Positions 19,081 to 29,346 of a DNA stretch of 64,000 bases are shown here, in pieces. Position 1 is the stretch's first letter; each line of letters opens with the position of its first letter. Origin of the DNA: Bryobacterales bacterium (lineage in GTDB: Bacteria; Acidobacteriota; Terriglobia; Bryobacterales; UBA6623). The notes beneath the pieces are model-generated. The model worked only from the letters and a program-made list of their open reading frames with translations, searched no databases and had not been told where the DNA came from. Location of the stretch: positions 259,432 to 323,431 of the forward strand of contig CBDBIU010000002.1 of assembly GCA_965206025.1 (NCBI GenBank), written 5' to 3'. Position numbers and translations under genes: made by a program.

Positions 19081-19602
19081 AGGCCTATTTTCAAAGTGGA
19101 AGAGCGGGTTAGCCGTGCGCTACGGAATTTCTTGCGCCAAATGAGCGGTCAGCCAGTGGCCGCCGCGGGATCCATGGCATTGGGAAACGGGTTGAGAGGG
19201 AACAGAAACGGGAATTCTGTCAAGCCCTGAAGGGCCGCTCGTCCCCGCGCTCTCCGGTTTCCGCGTCGCGCCTCTGCAAGGCCTTAAAACGTCGGACCGC
19301 ACGAACATTTGATCCTGAGGGACAGAATCAGAACCGCGATAAGCGACGGGAGAGAATCGCGCTTCAGACACACCAGCACATCTTGAGCAGGGTAGCCCCT
19401 GGACTACGAGATCTAGTACCCCCCCTGAAGTCAGCTCCCCCGGGCCAGATGAATCTTCATTTTCTTGCACTTACCTCTTGACATAGCTGCGTGCGGTGGG
19501 GCACTCTTGTAGTGGTCAACTTTGGTTTGATTAGGTTGATTTCGGTATAGTTTAGACCAAAGTGGATCAACAAAGCCGTTCTTCGCATGACTCGATGTGG
19601 CT

Positions 19603-20067
19603 ATGAACCTGTTCCGAGGTACCAAGACCGGACGCGTAGACGACAAAGGTCGGCTCAAATTCCCTTCTCTGGTCCGGCAGAGCCTCGAGCGGGAGTACAG
19701 CGATTTCGGTGTCTTCATCACCAGCCTCGATGGGGAAGTTACCAAGGTGTTCCCGATGGCCGAATGGGAGTCCGTCGAGGCCAGGTTATCGCAAAAGTCA
19801 ACCGAGAGCAAGGATGCCGACGGAGAAGTCAAAGACAAGATTTTATTCCAAACCAACCGTTTTGGGGCGGAAGAGACCTTGGACAACCAAGGACGTATCC
19901 TCGTGCCCGCGGTTTTGCGGGAATCCGCGGGCATGAGGGGCGAGGTAAAACTGCAGTGGCAGTCGAACCATATTTTGGTTTTAACCGCCGACCGGTTCGA
20001 TCAAGTGGCGGGAGACAAGCGGTTGACGGCGGAAGACTATCGCCACGCCGCCAACCTGGGGGTATAA
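19603..20067 (+). CDS. mraZ: Division/cell-wall cluster transcriptional regulator MraZ
   Basis: MNLFRGTKTGRVDDKGRLKFP N-terminus, duplicated SpoVT/AbrB-like halves, first gene of the dcw cluster. A GTG at 19597 is an alternative start. Confidence 0.9.
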   Translation: MNLFRGTKTGRVDDKGRLKFPSLVRQSLEREYSDFGVFITSLDGEVTKVFPMAEWESVEARLSQKSTESKDADGEVKDKILFQTNRFGAEETLDNQGRILVPAVLRESAGMRGEVKLQWQSNHILVLTADRFDQVAGDKRLTAEDYRHAANLGV

Positions 20068-20070
20068 TGC

Positions 20071-20955
20071 TTGCCGCATTACCCGGTGCTGTTGAACGAG
20101 GCGCTCGATTACCTTAACATCGATGCCCAAGGCGCCTATTTGGATTGCACGGTGGGCGAGGCGGGGCACGCCGAGGCCATCTTGAATCGGCTTACGACGG
20201 GCCGGCTGATCGCCATCGACCGCGACGGAGAAGCGGTTGAGCGGGCGAGAGAGAGGCTAGGAGGCTACGGGGAGAAGGTGAGCGTGTCGCAGGCCAGCTA
20301 CAGCGATATCGACAAGGTGGCGGGCGGCGAGCCGCTGCAGGGCATCCTGGCCGATCTGGGATTGTCGAGGCGGCATTTCGAGACGCCCGACAGAGGATTC
20401 AGCTTTCAGTGGGAAGGGCCCCTGGACATGAGAATCGATCAGCGCCAGGGACTGACTGCCGATCGGATCGTCAACACCTATGACGAGAAAGGGCTTGCCG
20501 ATCTGATTTTTCATTATGGTCAGGAAAGGAGGAGCCGAAGAATCGCTAGAACCATTGTTCGGGGGCGGCCGATCCGAAGCACCGCGCAATTGGCGGCGGC
20601 GGTGGAACGCGCCGTCCCTCGACAGCATCGGCGGCGCATTCATCCGGCGACCAAGACCTTTCAGGCGATTCGGATTGCGGTTAACGACGAGATCACGGAA
20701 CTGGAGAAGATGCTCGAACGAGCTCCCGCGTTGTTGGCGCCAGGCGGGCGGATGGTGGTGATCAGCTTTCATTCGCTCGAGGATCGTTGTGTCAAGGTCG
20801 CTCACCGGCGCTGGCGGGACCGAAACGTGTTCAAGGTTTTGACGCCGCATGTTGTCCGACCTTCGCGGCAGGAAATCAGCCAGAATCCTTCCAGCAGAAG
20901 CGCGAAGCTACGGGCTGCTGAGAGGACACCGACAATATGGCCACTGCAGAACTAG
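20071..20955 (+). CDS. rsmH: 16S rRNA (cytosine1402-N4)-methyltransferase
   Basis: HYPVLLNEALDYL, DCTVGEAGHAEAIL, DLGLSRRHFETPDRGFSF. TTG start. Confidence 0.9.
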   Translation: MPHYPVLLNEALDYLNIDAQGAYLDCTVGEAGHAEAILNRLTTGRLIAIDRDGEAVERARERLGGYGEKVSVSQASYSDIDKVAGGEPLQGILADLGLSRRHFETPDRGFSFQWEGPLDMRIDQRQGLTADRIVNTYDEKGLADLIFHYGQERRSRRIARTIVRGRPIRSTAQLAAAVERAVPRQHRRRIHPATKTFQAIRIAVNDEITELEKMLERAPALLAPGGRMVVISFHSLEDRCVKVAHRRWRDRNVFKVLTPHVVRPSRQEISQNPSSRSAKLRAAERTPTIWPLQN

Positions 20956-21590
20956 GACCGCGTCCGGCGAGGCACGCGCTCGCAACAACGGGTTTGTCCC
21001 CCCAAAAGCCCAAAGAGAAGCACGACAACGTCGTTGTTTTCGACCCGAATGGCCAAGCGTCCCGGGGTTGGTCCCTTGCTTCGGAGTCCGCCGATCCGGA
21101 ACCGGCAAGTGGGTTTACCTACGATGGGGTTCGCGCGGGACGCGCCATTCGGGCCGGGCTTTCTCGCCGCTCGGCCGCTTCGCGGCCGCTTCCGATGGAG
21201 CAGGTCTCCCTGTACGTGAAGTGGATCGACAATTCCGGGGTTCGCCGGCGCACGGATGTCGCCGAGAAGCGGATTTGGATCCGAGCGGTTGCTGTTGGGT
21301 TTCTGATGGTGGCCCTGTTGTTGCTCGCCTACGGTCCCCGTTCCGGGATACGACAATCGGGCTACCGGCTCGAGGAGCTGGAAAAGCGGAAACAGGGGCT
21401 CGTTGAGATTAATCGCCAGCTTCGGGTACGCCAAGCCATGCTCAGCGACCTGAAGCGCGTGAGCAAGCTGGCTTCCGAGCGCGGTTTTCGCGCACCTCCG
21501 CCGGACCGCTTTGACTGGCAGAATCGCACGATTTCGCCCGCCGGGGAGGGCGGCGAACTGGTTCATAGTCGGGACGACGAAACCCGGTAG
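20937..21590 (+). CDS. ftsL: FtsL-like cell division protein (single TM plus coiled coil)
   Basis: Sits between rsmH and ftsI. TM segment IRAVAVGFLMVALLLLAY followed by the coiled coil YRLEELEKRKQGLVEINRQLRVRQ. Start ambiguous (20937 or ATG 21195). Confidence 0.65.
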   Translation: MATAELGPRPARHALATTGLSPQKPKEKHDNVVVFDPNGQASRGWSLASESADPEPASGFTYDGVRAGRAIRAGLSRRSAASRPLPMEQVSLYVKWIDNSGVRRRTDVAEKRIWIRAVAVGFLMVALLLLAYGPRSGIRQSGYRLEELEKRKQGLVEINRQLRVRQAMLSDLKRVSKLASERGFRAPPPDRFDWQNRTISPAGEGGELVHSRDDETR

Positions 21591-21674
21591 TAGGATCGTG
21601 CCGGGCGGCTTCCGCCAATCAGCCCCTGCTGATTGGCTTCAAATCGATCGGCGAGAAATGGAAGGCACAGCCTC

Positions 21675-21730
21675 TAGCCCGCTTTTCTCACCACATGCTT
21701 CGACCGTCAGGCGGTGAGCAATGCGGGCTA
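21675..21730 (-). mobile_element. Internally deleted 56-bp copy of the MITE-like element, inverted orientation
   Basis: TAGCCCGCTTTTCTCACCAC-ATGCTTCGACCGTCAGG-C-GGTGAGCAATGCGGGCTA. The 17-nt core is the reverse complement of CCTGACGGTCGAAGCAT from the full copies. TA-flanked. Confidence 0.7.
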
Positions 21731-23904
21731 GGGATCATCAGTGTATTCTCCGCCGACCTTCCCGAATCGATAAACTTCGGCTGCTCAGGAGGCGGCTGAG
21801 CGGACACCCACCGTTTCGCCTGTTCACCTTCGCCTTAGCTGCTGTCGCTTGGCTCTTCCTGGTGCTTGTACGTCTGTGGTATCTACAGGTTGACCAGGGG
21901 GATCGCTTCGTCGAGAAGGCCAGGAATCAACACCAGGGAATCATCGAGATCCGTGCCGACCGCGGGGAAATTAGCGACCGGTTCGGGGAAAAACTCGCCT
22001 TCAGCACTCCGGTGGAATCCATCGCGGTCTTCCCTTCGCAGATACAAAATTCCGAGATCACGGCCCGCTTGCTGGCAAACGTTCTCGGAATAGACCGCCG
22101 CTTGCTCGATCGCAAGTTGGCGAAGCGGCAATTCCAATTTGTGAAGAGGCTGGCCGAGCCGGGCGAGGCCGAGCGGGTGCGAAATCTGAACCTGATCGGC
22201 ATTCACTTCGAGAAGGAAAGCAAGCGGTATTATCCCCAAGGGACGGTTGCTTCGCACATTTTGGGAGCGATCGGCGTCGAGCACCGCGGTCTGGCCGGTC
22301 TGGAGCAGACTTTCGATGATCCTCTGCAGGGCCAGCCGGGCAAACGGCTGGTGCACTTCGATGCCCGCCGGAGCCGCTATGCGGGCATCACCCTCGAGGA
22401 GCCGATTCCCGGCGCAAAGCTGGTGCTCACGATCGACCAAAGGATTCAAATGGTTGCCGAGGTCGAGTTGGCCAGGGCAGTTGCAGAAACGGGGGCCTCG
22501 GCCGGCACCATCGTCATCATGGACCCCCACAACGGCGAGCTGCTCGCGGTCGCCAACTGGCCGACCTTCAACCCGAACGAGCCGGCGCGAAATCGGCGGG
22601 ACCTAAAACGCCGCAAGAACTTTGCGCTCAGCACGCTGTTCGAGCCCGGCTCGAGCTTGAAGGCCGTGACCGTCGCCGCTGCTTTGGAAGAGAATCTCAC
22701 CCACCCCGACGAGGTGCTGGATTGCGAGATGGGAGCCATCTACGTCGGCGGACGCCGCATCCGTGACCACAAACCGTTTGGCGAACTGAGCGTTTCCGAG
22801 ATCCTGGCGAAGTCGAGCAATGTGGGAACCGTGAAGCTGGGCTTGCGACTGGGAGACCGGACACTGCATCGCTATTTAGTGCGGTTTGGATTTGGTCAAA
22901 AGACGGGATTGCCTCTTCCTGGTGAAACCGCGGGGCTTCTACGATCGCCCGAGCACTGGCAGGCGGATTCGATGGGATCCATCCCCATTGGTCAGGAGAT
23001 TGGCGTAAATGCAATTCAACTGGCGCGGGCGGTGTCGGTCATCGCCAGCGGGGGGTGGCTCGTCCAGCCGCGGATCATCGATCTGATGATCCACCCCGAC
23101 GGACGGGAACAGCGTCGGGAAGTAGCTCAACGGCGCCGCGTGATCTCCCCGAAGACCGCCGCAACCATGCGGGCCATGATGGAAGGTGTTGTTCGGGAGG
23201 GAACCGGCCGTCGCGCCGGAACCCCCGGCTACCGGGTGGCGGGCAAGACCGGCACCGCGCAGAAGGTGGACCCCGATACCGGCGCCTACTCGAAAACGGC
23301 TTATGTGCCAAGCTTCGTCGGCTTTGCGCCCGTCAATCAGCCGTCCATCACGGTTGTCATTGTTCTCGATTCGCCGATCGGCGACTACTACGGCGGCCTG
23401 GTCGCGGCTCCGGTCTTCCCCCGCGTCGCGACACAGGTTTTACGCTTTCGGGACGTCCCGCCCGAGCTCCCTGTTTCAGGACCTCCGCGGCCGGAGCCGC
23501 TGCCCCCGCCGGTGGAGATGGCGGACATGGTTGCGGCTGATCCTGCCCCGCGGGTCGAGGAATTGCAGGCTGGTCAGGTGATCCTTGTGGCCGCGGTGCA
23601 ACATCCTCGTACGCTGCCTCGGCAGAAGCATTCGCCCGGACCCGACTCTCCGCCGAGCAGCGGACGAGCGGCGACCTCGGGCAAGGGTGTTTCCGTCAGG
23701 GTCGCGGATCGCATGCCCGATTTTCGAGGGCAGACCGTTCGCCAAGTCGTCAGTCGCGCCACCGCTCTCGGATTGCAGCTCGAGTGGAGCGGCCATGGCC
23801 GGGCGAGGCGCCAGTGGCCGAGGGCGGGCGCCCCGGTTGCTCGCGGCCAGAAAGTCATTGTGGAGTTCGTCAGCACCTTGGCGGGAGACGTTCGCAAGCG
23901 ATGA
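21721..23904 (+). CDS. ftsI: Peptidoglycan D,D-transpeptidase FtsI (class B PBP) with a C-terminal PASTA-like domain
   Basis: SxxK (GSSLK), SxN (SSN) and KTGT motifs. N-terminal TM. C-terminal MPDFRGQTVRQVVSRATALGLQLEWSG. The start ATG lies inside the repeat at 21675-21730. Confidence 0.9.
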   Translation: MRARDHQCILRRPSRIDKLRLLRRRLSGHPPFRLFTFALAAVAWLFLVLVRLWYLQVDQGDRFVEKARNQHQGIIEIRADRGEISDRFGEKLAFSTPVESIAVFPSQIQNSEITARLLANVLGIDRRLLDRKLAKRQFQFVKRLAEPGEAERVRNLNLIGIHFEKESKRYYPQGTVASHILGAIGVEHRGLAGLEQTFDDPLQGQPGKRLVHFDARRSRYAGITLEEPIPGAKLVLTIDQRIQMVAEVELARAVAETGASAGTIVIMDPHNGELLAVANWPTFNPNEPARNRRDLKRRKNFALSTLFEPGSSLKAVTVAAALEENLTHPDEVLDCEMGAIYVGGRRIRDHKPFGELSVSEILAKSSNVGTVKLGLRLGDRTLHRYLVRFGFGQKTGLPLPGETAGLLRSPEHWQADSMGSIPIGQEIGVNAIQLARAVSVIASGGWLVQPRIIDLMIHPDGREQRREVAQRRRVISPKTAATMRAMMEGVVREGTGRRAGTPGYRVAGKTGTAQKVDPDTGAYSKTAYVPSFVGFAPVNQPSITVVIVLDSPIGDYYGGLVAAPVFPRVATQVLRFRDVPPELPVSGPPRPEPLPPPVEMADMVAADPAPRVEELQAGQVILVAAVQHPRTLPRQKHSPGPDSPPSSGRAATSGKGVSVRVADRMPDFRGQTVRQVVSRATALGLQLEWSGHGRARRQWPRAGAPVARGQKVIVEFVSTLAGDVRKR

Positions 23905-25418
23905 CCCTGCGGGAGATGCTGGGCGAAGGAATGGCGGTTGCGCCTGTGCCGAGGAAGGAGATTTCAGGCCTGGAATACGATTCCCGCAAGGTGGAGAAGG
24001 GCAACGCCTTCTTTGCCTTCCCTGGTGAGAAGGCGGACGGCCACGATTTCGTTCCCCAAGCGCTCGATGCGGGCGCGTCCTCGGTTGTGAGCGAGCGGCA
24101 GCCGCCTCGGCAGTGGCGGGACTTGTGGGTCCAGGTGCTGCACGGTCGAGAAGCTTTGGCCCGCTCAGCTTTGCACTTTTACGGCCGTCCGGATCGGCGG
24201 GTGAAGCTGACCGGCGTGACAGGGACGAACGGTAAGACGACCACGGCTCATCTAGTGGATGGCATCTTCGAGGCGGCCGGCGTCACGGCGGCTCGGCTGG
24301 GAACCATCGAACACAAGGTGGGCCGGCGCCGCTGGAAGGCGATCAATACCACCCCGGAATCGCTGGATCTGGTGAGATTTCTGGTCGAGCTCGAGCAACA
24401 AAGCGGAACCCATGCCACCTTGGAAGTTTCCTCGCACGCCCTGGAGCTGAAGCGGATCCATGGGATGGACTTTCATACGGTCGTCTTTACGAATCTGTCG
24501 CGCGATCACCTCGATTTCCACGGCACGATGGAAGCCTATGGCCGGGCGAAACAGCGGCTCTTCGAGGGCGCCGGGGGGGCGCCGCCGCGGTTCGGAGTCA
24601 TCAATCAAGATGATCCGCTAGGGAGGGACCTCCTTAAGCGAGCCGGATTCGAGACGCTCAGTTTCGGCTTGACGAGGGGAGCGGCGGTTTCCGCCGATCG
24701 AGTGGAAGCCCTTCCTGGGGGGCTGAGCTTTCTGGCCAGAACGCCCTCGGGGAACTTCGAGGTTGCTTCCCGGCTTCGGGGCCCATTCAATGTTCACAAT
24801 ATCTTGGGCGCGATCGCGGTTGGCCTGACCTATCAGTTTGATGTCGAGGTCATTCGGAGGGGCATTGCGGCCTGCCCGACCGTGCCCGGGCGGTTTGAAC
24901 CCGTGGACGCGGGCCAGCCGTTTTCCGTCGTCGTCGACTACGCTCACACCGACGACGCGCTGCGCAATCTGCTCGAGGCGGCCCGCCGGCTCCTGGAGCG
25001 CCAGAGGGAGCCGGGACGGATCGTGACTGTGTTCGGCTGCGGCGGCGACCGCGATCGCACGAAGCGGCCGGCCATGGGAGAAATTGCCGCTCGCCTGAGC
25101 GACCGGGTAATTGTTACATCCGACAATCCCCGCGGCGAAGACCCGCGGAACATCATCAACGACATTTTGGCCGGTCTGAAGCCTGTCGATGCTTCTTTTC
25201 AAGTGGAGCCGGATCGGGCTAAAGCCATTCGCCAAGCGCTTCTGGAGGCTCGGGAGGGCGACATTGTCCTGTTGGCCGGGAAGGGTCACGAGACTTACCA
25301 GTTGATCGCGGCCAAGGCCGTGCCGTTTGACGACCGAGAAGTGGCCCGCCGGGTGCTTAGAGAGCTTGGGTACGGCCTGAATGACGGATCTTCCCGAAGG
25401 CGGCCGATGGATGAGTGA
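23901..25418 (+). CDS. murE: UDP-N-acetylmuramoyl-L-alanyl-D-glutamate--2,6-diaminopimelate ligase
   Basis: [26 protein letters not shown] overlap with the ftsI stop. Confidence 0.9.
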   Translation: MTLREMLGEGMAVAPVPRKEISGLEYDSRKVEKGNAFFAFPGEKADGHDFVPQALDAGASSVVSERQPPRQWRDLWVQVLHGREALARSALHFYGRPDRRVKLTGVTGTNGKTTTAHLVDGIFEAAGVTAARLGTIEHKVGRRRWKAINTTPESLDLVRFLVELEQQSGTHATLEVSSHALELKRIHGMDFHTVVFTNLSRDHLDFHGTMEAYGRAKQRLFEGAGGAPPRFGVINQDDPLGRDLLKRAGFETLSFGLTRGAAVSADRVEALPGGLSFLARTPSGNFEVASRLRGPFNVHNILGAIAVGLTYQFDVEVIRRGIAACPTVPGRFEPVDAGQPFSVVVDYAHTDDALRNLLEAARRLLERQREPGRIVTVFGCGGDRDRTKRPAMGEIAARLSDRVIVTSDNPRGEDPRNIINDILAGLKPVDASFQVEPDRAKAIRQALLEAREGDIVLLAGKGHETYQLIAAKAVPFDDREVARRVLRELGYGLNDGSSRRRPMDE

Positions 25419-26821
25419 AAGGCTTTGTGAGGCTCAAGCTGTCTGAGGTAGCGAGCATGCTGGCGGCGCCCGCGGCTGTTGATCGGCCGGTGACAGGGTA
25501 CTCGATCGACTCGCGCTCCCTGCAGCCGGGAGATCTGTTTTTCGCCGTTCGCGGCCCGCGGCACGATGGCCACGGCTACATCGAGGCGGCCCTCAACAAA
25601 GGAGCGGCCGCGGCGGTTGCCGAGGAACGTTGGGCGGACGAGCATCGCCATGTACGTCCGGTTCTCGCCGTCGATGACCCCCCGCGGAGTTTGCGCCGGC
25701 TGGCTCACCGCTGCCGGGAGCGCTGGGGTGGCCAGGTGGTCGGCGTTACGGGCAGCAATGGCAAGACGACGACAAAAGATCTAGTCGCCGCGGCTCTTCG
25801 GACGCGCTATCGAGTGTCGAAGAGCGAGGGCAATCTCAACAATGACTTGGGCTTGCCGCTGTCGCTGCTGAGGGCCGACGACGCCTCGGAGATCGTCGTT
25901 CTGGAGATGGGCATGAACCATCGGGGCGAGATTCAGCGCCTGGCGGAAATCGCCCGCCCCACGGTCGCCGTGGTGACCAATGTCAACCCTGCTCATCTGG
26001 AGAATTTCACTTCCGTCGACGAGATTGCCCTGGCCAAGCGAGAGCTCGTTGAGAGCCTCCCCGAAGAAGGAACAGCCGTTCTCAACGCCGATGACCAGCG
26101 GGTTCGGGAGTTCGCGAAGGTTCACCGGGGCCGCTCGGTAACCTTTGGCGTGGACGCCGAAGCGGACTTTCGAGCGGAACCGGCCGAAGGCGAGAGCGCT
26201 GCGGGGGTAAGCTTCCGTCTGCGTGGCGGTGCCGGTGGCCGCGAAGGCCCGCCGCTGCTCTTCAGCAGCCCGTTGCTGGGCCGGCACAATGTCATGAATT
26301 TGCTCGCCGCGATTGCCGTGGCCTCTGTGTTCGGCATCAAGGCCGAAGAGCTGCCCGAGGCCCTGGCGAAACACCGGCCGGCAAGCATGCGCGGGGAAGT
26401 TGAGCGGCTGGGCGGCGTCCTGGTATTCAACGACTGCTACAACTCGAACCCTCAGGCCGTATTGGCCATGCTGGATGTGCTGCGGCGGACCGAAGCCGGG
26501 CGAAGAGTAGCCGTACTGGGTGAGATGAAGGAGTTGGGCGAGCGGGCGCCCCATCTCCACCGCGAGGTCGGCCGGGCTCTGGCGGAGGCCAAGGTGGACG
26601 TCGTCGTTGGGGTCGAGGGCGGCGCTCGCGCGATTGCCGACGAAGCCGTGAGGCACGGGTTTCCCAGCCGGGCCGCTCATTTTTTCGAAGACCCAGAAGA
26701 AGCGGGCGAGTTCTTGGCGACGTTTCTAAAGCCGGGGGACGTCGCGCTGTTCAAGGCTTCCCGCGGCGTCGCGCTTGAGAGAGCGCTCGAAAGGGTTAGA
26801 AAGCAGTTAGCTTCTTCCTGA
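25415..26821 (+). CDS. murF: UDP-N-acetylmuramoyl-tripeptide--D-alanyl-D-alanine ligase
   Basis: GVTGSNGKTTTKDL, Mur ligase architecture. GTGA overlap with the murE stop. Confidence 0.9.
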   Translation: MKGFVRLKLSEVASMLAAPAAVDRPVTGYSIDSRSLQPGDLFFAVRGPRHDGHGYIEAALNKGAAAAVAEERWADEHRHVRPVLAVDDPPRSLRRLAHRCRERWGGQVVGVTGSNGKTTTKDLVAAALRTRYRVSKSEGNLNNDLGLPLSLLRADDASEIVVLEMGMNHRGEIQRLAEIARPTVAVVTNVNPAHLENFTSVDEIALAKRELVESLPEEGTAVLNADDQRVREFAKVHRGRSVTFGVDAEADFRAEPAEGESAAGVSFRLRGGAGGREGPPLLFSSPLLGRHNVMNLLAAIAVASVFGIKAEELPEALAKHRPASMRGEVERLGGVLVFNDCYNSNPQAVLAMLDVLRRTEAGRRVAVLGEMKELGERAPHLHREVGRALAEAKVDVVVGVEGGARAIADEAVRHGFPSRAAHFFEDPEEAGEFLATFLKPGDVALFKASRGVALERALERVRKQLASS

Positions 26822-26857
26822 CTTGATGAAAAGAACAATGCGGCAAAGTTGAATTCG

Positions 26858-27991
26858 ATGCTCTATCACCTCTTCTACGAACAGCTCTTTCAGTACTTCA
26901 GCCCCTTCCGCGTCTTCGGCTACATCACTTTTCGCACGGCATTCGCCAGCATGACCGCACTCGGACTGGGCCTGATTCTCGGCCCCTGGCTTATTCGCAA
27001 GCTTCGCGACTTTCAAATCGGCCAGTTCATTCGCGAGGACGGACCCGAGTCGCACCATGACAAAGCGGGAACGCCCACCATGGGCGGCCTGCTGATCACG
27101 GTCTCCATTGTTCTGCCGACTCTGCTTTGGGCCAACTTGACGAACGTGTACGTTTGGATCGCGCTGTTCGGCTTGGTCGGATTCGGAGGAATCGGTTTTC
27201 TGGACGATTACACTAAGATCCGGCGCGGTCAGAACCTGGGTCTCACCGTGGGCCGGAAGATTCTGCTGCAGGTGCTGGTGACTCTAGCGATCGGTTCGAG
27301 CCTGATATGGCTTTTCTCGCGTGGAGATTACGATGCCCGTCTGGTGCTGCCGTTCGCCAAGAATCTCCGCCCCAATCTGGTGATCGAACCGCTGCTCGAC
27401 AATCCCTACACTTTCCCGTTCGCCTTTGTCCTGTTTTTCGTTTTTCTCTTCCTGGTGCTGGTGGGCTGCTCGAATGCCGTAAACCTGACCGACGGTCTTG
27501 ACGGCTTGGCCATCGGGTTGACGGTGATTTGCGCGGGCGCATTGACGGTGCTCGCCTATATCGCCGGCCACCGAGAGTTTGCCCAATATCTGGACGTCGC
27601 CCGTGTTCCGGCGGCTTCGGAGTTGACGATTTTTTGCGGCTCCATGGTCGGTGCCAGCCTAGCCTTCCTTTGGTACAACGCCCACCCGGCCGAAGTCTTC
27701 ATGGGAGATGTCGGGTCATTGGGAATAGGCGGTGCGTTGGCCATGGTCGCGATTCTCATCAAACAGGAGATCCTGCTGATATTCGTTGCCGGTGTGTTCG
27801 TGTTGGAGGCCCTTTCGGTGATTCTGCAAGTCGCCAGTTTCAAACTGCGCGGTAAGCGGATTTTCAAGATGGCCCCCTTGCACCATCACTTCGAGGCGCT
27901 GGGGTGGCCGGAATCGAAGATCATTGCCCGGTTTTGGATTGGCGGTTTGGTTTGGGCCCTGTTTGCCCTCAGTACGTTGAAGCTGCGATGA
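26858..27991 (+). CDS. mraY: Phospho-N-acetylmuramoyl-pentapeptide transferase
   Basis: [10 protein letters not shown]..., [13 protein letters not shown], polytopic. A TTG at 26849 is an alternative start. Confidence 0.9.
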   Translation: MLYHLFYEQLFQYFSPFRVFGYITFRTAFASMTALGLGLILGPWLIRKLRDFQIGQFIREDGPESHHDKAGTPTMGGLLITVSIVLPTLLWANLTNVYVWIALFGLVGFGGIGFLDDYTKIRRGQNLGLTVGRKILLQVLVTLAIGSSLIWLFSRGDYDARLVLPFAKNLRPNLVIEPLLDNPYTFPFAFVLFFVFLFLVLVGCSNAVNLTDGLDGLAIGLTVICAGALTVLAYIAGHREFAQYLDVARVPAASELTIFCGSMVGASLAFLWYNAHPAEVFMGDVGSLGIGGALAMVAILIKQEILLIFVAGVFVLEALSVILQVASFKLRGKRIFKMAPLHHHFEALGWPESKIIARFWIGGLVWALFALSTLKLR

Positions 27992-29346
27992 ATCTTGAAA
28001 ACCAGCGCGTGCTCGTGGTCGGGCTCGGGGAGTCCGGCAAGGCGGCCGCCCGGTTTCTGGTGTCGCGCGGGGCCCTGGTCGCGGCAACGGACAGCCTGCC
28101 GGAGCACAAGCTGGCGTCCACGGCCCGGGAGCTGCGGGGTCTCGGGGTCCGGCTTGATTTGGGAGGCCACGCCGAGTCGCTTTTCATCGAGCAGGATTTG
28201 ATCATCCCATCGCCGGGCGTCCCCTGGGACCTGCCGGCGCTCAGCCGCGCGCGCGAGCTGGGAGTACCGGTGGCCGGCGAGCTGGAGGTCGCGGCCGCAT
28301 TCTTGCGCGGCCCCGTCATCGGGGTCACCGGGACGAACGGGAAAACGACAACGACCGCTTTGATCGGACACATGATGCTGGCCGCCGGGTGGAAAGCCCA
28401 GACCGGGGGCAATATCGGGACCCCCGTGCTGGCCATGGTCGACAGCTCCTCCGATGACGGTTGGAATGTGTTGGAACTCTCCAGTTTTCAGCTCGAAGCG
28501 ATGCAAAGCTTCCGCTCCCGCATTGCCGTCGTCCTCAACATCACGCCCGATCATCTCGATCGCCACCACAGTTTCCAGGCTTACGCCGCGGCCAAGGAGC
28601 GCATCCTGAGGCCGCAAACGCAGGACGACCACGTCGTTCTCAATGCTGACGACGAGAACTGCCGGCGGTTTGCGAGCTCCGTTACGAGCCGGGTCTGCTG
28701 GTTCAGCCGCACGCAGCCTGTTTCACCGGGTGCTTGGGTGGAGGGGAGCTGGATCGTTTTCGGCGGCCGCCGAGTCGTCGAAACCGAACTGCCGATTCGC
28801 GGTCCGCATAATCTCGAGAATACTCTGGCGGCGGTGGCTGCTTGCTCGCTGGCGGGCGTGGCGACCGAGGATATCGCGGCGGGGGCGGTCAGCTTTCGTC
28901 CGGTCGAGCACCGGCTCGAGTTTGTCCGCACCGTTGACGGGGTGGACTATTACAACGATTCGAAGGCAACCAACGTGGAGGCGGCGGTCAAGGCTGTTCA
29001 GGCCTTCGAAGGCGGGTTGTGGGTCATCTTGGGAGGAAGCGACAAGGGCGGCGACTATCGCCGTTTGAAGGATCATCTCGCTCCCAGGGCGCACGGGGTA
29101 TTGCTAATCGGCTCAACAGCGGAGAAGATTCAGCGTCAACTGGAGGGCTGCGTCCCCAGCCACCGGCTGGGAACGCTCGAGGCGGCGCTCGAATTTGCCA
29201 AGGAACACGCTGAGCCGGGCCAGACGGTGCTGTTGGCGCCCGCCTGCGCCAGCTTCGATCAGTTTGAAAACTATCGCCACCGCGGCCGTTTGTTTAAACA
29301 GCTCGTACGTTCGTGGAAGGAAGGTGAGCATGCCGAGACCACTTAA
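27988..29346 (+). CDS. murD: UDP-N-acetylmuramoylalanine--D-glutamate ligase
   Basis: [34 protein letters not shown] overlap with the mraY stop. Confidence 0.9.
   Translation: MNLENQRVLVVGLGESGKAAARFLVSRGALVAATDSLPEHKLASTARELRGLGVRLDLGGHAESLFIEQDLIIPSPGVPWDLPALSRARELGVPVAGELEVAAAFLRGPVIGVTGTNGKTTTTALIGHMMLAAGWKAQTGGNIGTPVLAMVDSSSDDGWNVLELSSFQLEAMQSFRSRIAVVLNITPDHLDRHHSFQAYAAAKERILRPQTQDDHVVLNADDENCRRFASSVTSRVCWFSRTQPVSPGAWVEGSWIVFGGRRVVETELPIRGPHNLENTLAAVAACSLAGVATEDIAAGAVSFRPVEHRLEFVRTVDGVDYYNDSKATNVEAAVKAVQAFEGGLWVILGGSDKGGDYRRLKDHLAPRAHGVLLIGSTAEKIQRQLEGCVPSHRLGTLEAALEFAKEHAEPGQTVLLAPACASFDQFENYRHRGRLFKQLVRSWKEGEHAETT

Noticed and set aside
19190-19235. ACAGAAACGGG resembling the RNase P RNA ACAGAA...GGCUUA box.
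   Set aside because: The GGAAAGUCCGGGC P4 strand and the other universal RNase P elements are absent on both strands.
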